Of a DNA stretch of 64,000 bases, positions 59,607-64,000 are shown in pieces. The translations under genes and the position numbers were made by a program. The stretch is from Thecamonas trahens ATCC 50062 (Eukaryota; Protista; Apusomonadida), in the NCBI RefSeq assembly GCF_000142905.1, contig NW_013657659.1, forward strand, positions 1 to 64,000, written 5' to 3'. The stretch's first letter is position 1. Each line of letters begins with the position of its first letter. The notes beneath the pieces were generated by a model. It had not been told where the DNA came from and made no database searches. It worked only from the letters and a program-made list of their open reading frames with translations.

Positions 59607-61790
59607 CTACATCTCGCCGCCACCGCCTCCAGTACTATCCGAGTCCGACCACGCGTCCAGCTCCTCATCTAGCTGGTGCTGTGCAAGCTCGACAGGCACC
59701 GACGAGTAAAACGCCCTGAGATACGCGAGCTGAAACGGTGAGAACGGACCAAACTCGCTGATATCCTTCTTGAGGTCCGAGCACAGCCGCGTCAGGTGCG
59801 GCAGCGCCTCCTGGACCTGCACATGCAGCGCAAACTCGAGCTGGATCATGACGCGGAACTCGGTCCGCATCACGTACCGCATCGAGACCGAAAAAGCCCG
59901 TGAGAGCGCGTCCAGCAGGGCGTTGTACTCGCCCGCCTTACGCCCGTTGAACTTTTCCGCCAGCAGCAGACACGCTGCGCCCAGCAGCTTGAGCGTCGCG
60001 CCCACGGCCTTGCCGGCAATGATGAGCTTCTCAAAGTACACGTACGCCAGTGCAACCGTCGAGAGATCGAGCCCGACCTCCGACGCCACCCCCAGCATCG
60101 TCCGCTTCAGCCCGCGTATCCGGCCCAGCGTCAGCGACGGGTGCAGCTCCTCGTGCCGCTGCCGGAACTGCTCGTTGAGCTGCCGCTTGAGTTCTTTCGG
60201 TGCCACATAAGGAACGACAGAGATCATAAGCCCCGGAAGCTGATACAGCACTCGCTCCGTGCCAGATCGCAGCGACGGATTGTCCAGAAAGTACGGATCG
60301 TAGCCCGACTTGGCTACCCCGCCACCGTCAGCTTCCTCGCCAGCGTCGTCGCCGCCCTCGCTCTCGTGCCCGCTCCCGCCGTCGTCACTGATCCGCCGCT
60401 CGTGCATCTCGCGCTCGTTCCCGCCGCCGCTACCACTGACTCCGCTGGCCGCACTCCAGCCACCGCCGTCATCATCGCCGCAAAGCCGCTCAAACGTCTT
60501 ACCCACCCAGACCGGGCGGAGCAAGTCACGGTGCGACGCCGCTCGCTTTTTGCGGAGAAAGAGCCACGAGTGGTCGACCTCGTCGAGCTCGCCGCCGCCG
60601 GCCAGCCCGCCCGGCCCACTCCCGCTCCCGCCCATGCCAGCCGTCCTCACCCGGAGCTTTGAATCCGACTTGATCACCGAGAACAGCGCAAACGGCGGCG
60701 AGTGCAGGATCGGGCCGATGTACATGCACCATATAAGGTTGTCGCCACCATCCGTTGCACCGCTCGTCTCCTCCGAGAACGGGACCGAGAAGAAGATGCG
60801 GCAGTTGGACATCATCGAGCCGAGCAGCGACACCTGCCGCGACCGTTGCAGCGATCGGATCGAGACCACGTTGTGCGAGTGAACCGCCTGCGACTTGCGA
60901 ACCTCCACTAGGCCATCATCAGCCATCAGCGAGCGGATGCCCGGCTCAGCGCCGGCTCGCCCCTCGCCCTCGCCGCTCCGGCCCTGCGCTAACGTCTCCA
61001 CGTCGCCCCAGTACCGCGTTCCGTGGCTCCGCGTCCCTAGCTTGATCCCCACCAGAAACTTGATCGCTGCTGCCTTGAACACGTTGGCCTGCGACGGCGC
61101 AATCGGTGCAGGCCGCACCTGCCCCGGAAGGCTCTCGCCGCTCCCGCCGCTGCCTCCCGCCCCTGCACTCGCCACCACCGGCCCGCCACTGACGCTGCCG
61201 ACGCCGCCGCCAGGCGGCCCGAACTCGCGATCGCGCGAGGCGGACCGACTCATTCCGGGCGATGCCCGACGTGATGCCAACCGCCGCTGAGCCGGCGACT
61301 GCCGCCGGTGATGGACCGCGCCAAGACCGCGCGCGCCGCGATGCCGATGCGCAGTACCCGGAGGAAGCCCCACACCAGCTGCCGTTCTTTCTCCACTCCC
61401 ACCCGGCGCTAGAGCCACCACATCAACCTCACCATCCGCGTCAACCTCTTGCGTCTCCACCGCAAAGGTGACGATTCTCGGCGTGACCGGACCAGACTCG
61501 AGCTCGCCCTCGACCCCAATGACCGACGCGAGTTCCGGATCATGACCCATGCGATGTCTTCCACCACGACCACCACCTCTATGCCCACCACGATACGCTC
61601 TTCCACCATCATCCTCATCATACCCGCCATCAACGCCCACATACAGCCCAACTCTATCGTCATTGTCATCATCATCGACCTCGCCCAGACCACCTCTCAT
61701 ACCACCGCCATCGCCTTCTCCACTTCCAGTCAACAGCATGGCAACTGAAGTCGGTACAGACCGAGAACGAGGTATAGACATGCTGTACAA
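59607..61790 (-). CDS. CABLES1: CABLES-like protein (Cdk5/Abl substrate family) with C-terminal cyclin box
   Basis: YDPYFLDNPSLRSG..LPGLMISVVPYVAPKELKRQLNEQF..LTLGRIRGLKR..TVALAYVYFEKL..CLLLAEK..EFRVMIQLEFAL; N-terminal AAIKFLVGIKL. Exact start is uncertain. Confidence 0.85.
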   Translation of the reverse strand: MYSMSIPRSRSVPTSVAMLLTGSGEGDGGGMRGGLGEVDDDDNDDRVGLYVGVDGGYDEDDGGRAYRGGHRGGGRGGRHRMGHDPELASVIGVEGELESGPVTPRIVTFAVETQEVDADGEVDVVALAPGGSGERTAAGVGLPPGTAHRHRGARGLGAVHHRRQSPAQRRLASRRASPGMSRSASRDREFGPPGGGVGSVSGGPVVASAGAGGSGGSGESLPGQVRPAPIAPSQANVFKAAAIKFLVGIKLGTRSHGTRYWGDVETLAQGRSGEGEGRAGAEPGIRSLMADDGLVEVRKSQAVHSHNVVSIRSLQRSRQVSLLGSMMSNCRIFFSVPFSEETSGATDGGDNLIWCMYIGPILHSPPFALFSVIKSDSKLRVRTAGMGGSGSGPGGLAGGGELDEVDHSWLFLRKKRAASHRDLLRPVWVGKTFERLCGDDDGGGWSAASGVSGSGGGNEREMHERRISDDGGSGHESEGGDDAGEEADGGGVAKSGYDPYFLDNPSLRSGTERVLYQLPGLMISVVPYVAPKELKRQLNEQFRQRHEELHPSLTLGRIRGLKRTMLGVASEVGLDLSTVALAYVYFEKLIIAGKAVGATLKLLGAACLLLAEKFNGRKAGEYNALLDALSRAFSVSMRYVMRTEFRVMIQLEFALHVQVQEALPHLTRLCSDLKKDISEFGPFSPFQLAYLRAFYSSVPVELAQHQLDEELDAWSDSDSTGGGGGEM

Positions 61791-62289
61791 TACGAGTCAC
61801 CACTCTCAGAGAGCGGTAGCTATAGCCGTAGCCGTCTACCCGTTCACCTCGTCCACCCTCGTCCACAGCTCGGCCACAGCTCGGCCACAGCTCGGCCACA
61901 GCTCACCGCCAACTCGACGAGTCGCTGCCATTGCCTCTCGGCCACCACTCGGCAACTCACCCCGAGAGGCAAGTCAAGTCAACGTGGTGCAAAGGGATCT
62001 GGACCTTGACTGCCGAGAACGGCCACACAACCCATACTCACCAGCAACCTCCACATCACCTTCAACCTCAAGCCGTCGACATCAACCATATCCGGCCACA
62101 ATCTCATCATCATTACCACCAACACTCTGCTTACCCGCGACGAGAATCAAAGAAAACAAAAAGCCACTTCCGATCGATCGCCTGCCGATCGATCAAGATC
62201 ACGACCACGACCACGTTCACCCCCTCCCCACCCACCGCCACCACCCCTTCCCCAACCACCTCTCGCTCCCAAACACCACACCTTCAACC

Positions 62290-64000
62290 ATGTTTGAGGG
62301 AATGGTGGCGGGTCTACTGACCAAGTACTTGGGAGACTTTGTAGACAATATTGACCCCAAGCAGTTGTCCATCTCTATCTGGGGAGGTACGTCATCTCCA
62401 TGTTTTGTTGTCCTGTCACATGCGGTGACGGCGGCGGCTAGTGTTGCTTTTCCCTCTCATCCATCCCCCAAACTTACGACCTTTTTCCGAGCACATGCTA
62501 CCCGCTTGCACCACAGGTGACGTTGTCCTGCACGACCTGAACCTCAAGCCGGACGCTCTGGCTTCCCTAGAGCTCCCGGTTACAGTCATTCGTGGTGTCA
62601 TTGGCTCGCTCGTTCTCAAGGCCGACTGGAAGAACCTCAAGTCCAAGCCGGTCGTCGCCGAGCTCTCGGACGTCTACGTTGTCGCTGGGCCAAAGGCTGC
62701 CGAGCCGTACGACGAAAAGACCGAGAACGCCAAGGCCCAGGCGGCCAAGCAGGCTCAGCTTGTGGCGCTGGAGGATGCCAAGGCCCAGGCTGCGGCGGCC
62801 CGCGCTGGTCAGACGCCTGAAGAGCCGGCAGACACCTTTACCTCGCGGCTCACCGCCAAGGTCGTCGACAACATCCAGGTCTCCATCCGCAACATCCACA
62901 TCCGGTACGAGGACGACGTGACCAACCCAGACGCTCCCTTTGCCTGCGGCATTACGCTCGAGAACCTCTCGGCGTACTCGACCGACGAGAATTGGGAGCG
63001 CAAGTTTCTCGAGGGCGACCATCCGCTCGTCCACAAGGTTGTCGACCTCCGCAACCTCGGTGTGTACTGGAACCCGACGCCGCCGGGCGTCCAGCCACGA
63101 TTTGTGGGTGCTGTTCCGCCTGCGCGATTTGCGCACTCCATGGGCGCCCTTGTCCCGCGCGTCGGTGCGCCAGTCGGCCACCACTACCTCGTCCGCCCCA
63201 TCTCCGGCACCACCCACCTCATTCTCAACAAGCGGACCCGCCCGGACATGGCCGTGCCCAAGATCCAGGTCACCATCGAGCTCGACGCCCTGCAGGTCGA
63301 GATGGAGGAGGACCAGTTTGGCTCGGCCATGGCCCTCTCGCAGGGCTTTTCACTCTACTCGCGCGGCTACAAATACCGCAAACACAAGCCGGCCTCTCGC
63401 CCCACAAACGGCGCAGAGTGGTGGGCCCTGGCTCGCGAGTGCGTCCTTGCAGACGTCCGTGCAAACTCACTCTCGTGGTCGCCGGCCTTCTTCAACCAGC
63501 GCATCTCGGACAAGCGCATGTACGTCAAGCTCTATTCCAAGCACAAGCTCGAGCCGACCAAGATGACCAAGCAGGAGGAGAAGACCCTCGCCATCCTCGA
63601 GTCGCGCCTCCTCTTTGACGACATCCGCTACTTCCGCTCCATTGCAGACGCCCAGATCAAGGACGAGCTCGACGCCCGCGCAGAAGCCAAAAAGGCCTCG
63701 TCTGGTGGCTGGTTCTCCGGCTGGTTCGGCGGCGGAGGGAGTGTCGAGAAGAAGAAGGACAAGGCCAAAGACAAGGCCAAGGCCAAGGGCAAGGGCAAGA
63801 GCAAGGGCGAACCGGCAGCTGCCTCGTCCGACGCCTCGGGCTCGGCCCTCGCCCTCTCCGACGAGCAGCGTGCCTTCCTCTACTCGGCCATCGACTATGA
63901 AGACGGCGAGATGCACGAGACCGAAGTTCCGCCGGGCTATGTCCACACCAAGGCCACCTTTAGCCTCGGCACTTTCTCCATCTCGCTCAAGCAGGACGAG
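62290..64000 (+). CDS. VPS13: VPS13-family lipid transfer protein, N-terminal chorein domain; runs off window end; exons 62290-62386 and 62517 onward
   Basis: MFEGMVAGLLTKYLGDFV..QLSISIWGG|DVVLHDLNLKPDAL..KVVDNIQVSIRNIHIRYED. Intron is GTACGT...CACAG. Confidence 0.95.

Noticed and set aside
2369-63946. Many long antisense or alternate-frame ORFs (e.g. 2369..3511, 5014..5901, 31141..32454, 44481..45446)
   Set aside because: Shadow ORFs caused by high GC and strong codon bias of the real genes.
21534-64000. Functional cluster of trafficking genes (EHD, YIPF6, HPS3, VPS13)
   Set aside because: They are interspersed with unrelated housekeeping genes and belong to a common functional class, so there is no evidence beyond chance.

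Overview
This window is GC-rich, gene-dense, intron-poor eukaryotic nuclear DNA with spliceosomal GT-AG introns, many with GTACGT donors. The gene set suggests a unicellular relative of opisthokonts such as an apusomonad; that identification is inference. There are about 24 protein genes. Recognisable ones are a Slo/BK-type K+ channel, CEP57, GALE, EHD, head-to-head RPL4/RPL8, YIPF6, an ependymin-related protein, HPS3, an ankyrin protein, TMEM19, GANP/SAC3, RFC4, CABLES and the 5' end of VPS13. The most unusual items are: (1) a receptor-like ~11-TM protein with repeated extracellular 8-Cys modules fused to a cytosolic RBR E3 ligase and a UBA-like domain; (2) a bacterial-type rifampin-phosphotransferase/PigC-architecture dikinase; (3) 14 reading-frame breaks in 10 genes, all in the -1 direction and nearly all at short homopolymers, most likely sequencing under-calls but testable for recoding; (4) a TMEM19 intron built entirely from a 39-bp minisatellite whose units carry their own splice sites; and (5) a Crinkler-type REase-kinase cassette sitting where RFC4 exon 1 should be. 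A 100-N gap at 10783-10882 is flanked by a ~610-bp duplication that is probably an assembly artefact. No rRNA, tRNA or CRISPR array was recognised.
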